From Camelus dromedarius (lineage: Eukaryota), in the NCBI RefSeq assembly GCF_036321535.1, contig NC_087445.1:4526001-4590000 (forward strand): a stretch of DNA of 64,000 bases, read 5' to 3'. The notes below the pieces were generated by a model. That model was not told the DNA's origin and made no database searches. It saw only the letters and a list, made by a program, of their open reading frames with translations. Below are positions 62,200 to 64,000 of the stretch, piece after piece. The position numbers and the translations under genes were made by a program. Each line of letters opens with the position of its first letter. Position 1 is the first letter of the stretch.

Positions 62200-62430
62200 C
62201 TTTTATTGAGCACCTACTACGTGCCATGCCCTGTATCTGAATGCTTTATATCCATCTTTTCATGTCATAACTATCCCATGAAGGAGAGTAGTGTTAGGTC
62301 TTTTTATAGGAAACTGAGGCCTAAACAAAATGAGGCCCTTACTGAAGTCTCACAGTACATGAGGGAGTTGAGGTTTGGGCCCGGTCAGTTTTACTTCAGA
62401 ACCGTGACCTTAGGCCTAAGCCATAGCCCC
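62200..62430 (-). mobile_element. MIR SINE
   Basis: tattgagcacctactacgtgcca..ttttataggaaactgaggcctaa..gaggtttgggcccggtcag. Confidence 0.75.
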
Positions 62431-62654
62431 TTCTCCTAGACTGTTTATTAAGGAATTGTTTCCAGAAATCAACATTTCTTTTTCAAATCAAAACCTTGTT
62501 TTCTACTTTAAATTTACAGATGTCTCAAAGATACTCCTTTTATAAAAGATACCCAGTGAACTATAAGTATGTTCTCTTTTCATTTCTTCCAGGATTAATA
62601 TGCTCTGATATGAAATCATTTCTGCCTTCTAATAAAGTATCTCATTTTTCCTAG

Positions 62655-62807
62655 ATTGAAGGATTCTCATTAAACAAACTAGGGAACTTCAACCTTAAAG
62701 AAATTCAGAAAGACTCTGTGGTCTGGGAATACACTGATGATGCCACAGGGGACACAGACACAGCAAAAGAAGAGGCACCCAAACAAATGCCCGTTAAAAG
62801 GGGACAG
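62655..62807 (+). CDS. TUT7: TUT7 exon 11 (last exon seen; gene continues beyond the window)
   Basis: cctag|ATT; IEGFSLNKLGNFNLKEIQKDSVVWEYTDDATGDTDTAKEEAPKQMPVKRGQ; donor CAG|gtctgt; 153 nt, phase 0-0. Confidence 0.94.
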
Positions 62808-63604
62808 GTCTGTTCTCTCCCGTTTCTAGTTTTACCATCTATTTTTAGTTCAGTTGTTAATTATGGAGTTTATGAGTTACTCGGTCTTCTTTTCTTCTTT
62901 CCTCAACTATTTTAACTGTTTCATGGTGGTTTCATGTTCTAGACTGTTCAGTCCTTTGAACAGACAAGTAATAAGAAAAGGTCAAATTCAAATCATTGAA
63001 TCCAGTTACTTACATGGTGTCTTCTGTGTGCAAGGTGCTGTGAAAAATGAGATTTCAAAGATAAACCCCTATCTGTCCTCAAAGAACTTGGGTCTGAAAT
63101 GGTATTATGAGGCTTAAATATTTGAAAAGTTAACTAACCTCAAATTACTAAACTATGAATAAGTCTTTGGTCTAGTGTACTTGTCCTCATTCCTACTATT
63201 AGGGGTGGGCAGGAGAATTTATGCGCAAGGAGAGAATTGCCATTAGGATTACAAGCAAAAATCTGAACAATATAATTATGCTAGTAATAAGAATAGGATT
63301 CTGCCCTAGATGGGTAAACAGTGCTTGGCTCCATGACCTTCCCCTTTGGGGTGAAATGACAGTCATATCCACAAAGTAGCTCTGAGACCGGGATTCTAGT
63401 CCCAGCTCTTCACAGACAAGTCCGTCACTCCTCTAGCCCAGTGGTTATTCATGCCTAAAATGCGATAGTGGTGAATCACATATTCTCCAGTTGTGTTTTC
63501 TAGAATCCTTGAGAGTTGAGGGGGAAAGGGTGGCAGTGGTGCCCTACCCCGGCTGCCACCAGAACACACCGCTTTTATCCGTTTTCTGGTTGGGGGTCCA
63601 GTCG

Positions 63605-63830
63605 TGGCTAAGAGCACAGGCCGTGGAGCTGGAACATTGAAATATGTATCCCAGCTCTTCCACTTCCTAGCTGTGTGTCTTTGGGCAAGTAACTTAATCT
63701 TTCTGTGCCCCAGTTTCCTCACCTACAAATGGGGGTGATAATGGTATCCTCTCATAGGATCATTGGTTTATAGAATGCTTAACTCAGTGCCGAGCATGTG
63801 ATAAGCACTCAGTAAATGCTAGCTGCTGTT
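63605..63830 (+). mobile_element. MIR SINE
   Basis: atcccagctcttccacttcctagctgtgtgtctttgggcaagtaacttaatctttctgtgccccagtttcctcacctacaaatgggggtgataat. Confidence 0.85.
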
Positions 63831-64000
63831 CTTATTTTATTTGAAAAAAAAAGTGTTCTCTACATTAAAAAAATAAAAACAGTAACAAAAAAAGCAGTTT
63901 AAGTATCACTAGTCTAGATATTTCAAAGGTCTCTTAAGTTCCATGTTATAATATTATGAAGTCACTTCAGTGAGATGCTTAAAATCCTTAGTAATGCTGA

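Noticed and set aside
1-64000. CRISPR arrays, operons, rRNA, snRNA/snoRNA or other prokaryote-type systems
   Set aside because: None seen; the window is vertebrate intergenic and intronic DNA with a spliced gene.

Overview
This is mammalian genomic DNA, very likely camelid, judged from six tRNA-Ala(AGC)-derived vic-1-type SINE copies. The window holds the 5' half of TUT7 (ZCCHC6, terminal uridylyltransferase 7) on the + strand: a CpG-island promoter (~41.5-42.8 kb), a non-coding exon 1 and ten coding exons (43290-62807, 1608 nt = 536 codons). All splice phases are consistent, and the exons encode the N-terminal region, the C2H2 zinc finger and the inactive first nucleotidyltransferase domain; the gene continues past the window end. 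Upstream lie ~41 kb of repeat-rich intergenic DNA (L1, L2, MIR, MaLR/ERV LTRs, MADE2, Tigger, MER20, MER58) and a full-length GNPDA1 processed pseudogene (15766-18181) inserted into an old L1 with a target-site duplication (TSD). Six N blocks fall in or next to repeats. I found no evidence of a wholly new gene system. The best leads are minor-spliceosome-like signals in TUT7 intron 8, decayed promoter E-boxes carried by the GNPDA1 retrocopy, two independent insertions at the same homologous L1 position, a locally templated inverted duplication, and splicing-regulatory candidates around the zinc-finger exon. Repeat family names and comparisons to human proteins come from recalled consensus sequences, not database searches, and repeat boundaries are approximate unless a TSD or TIR is given.
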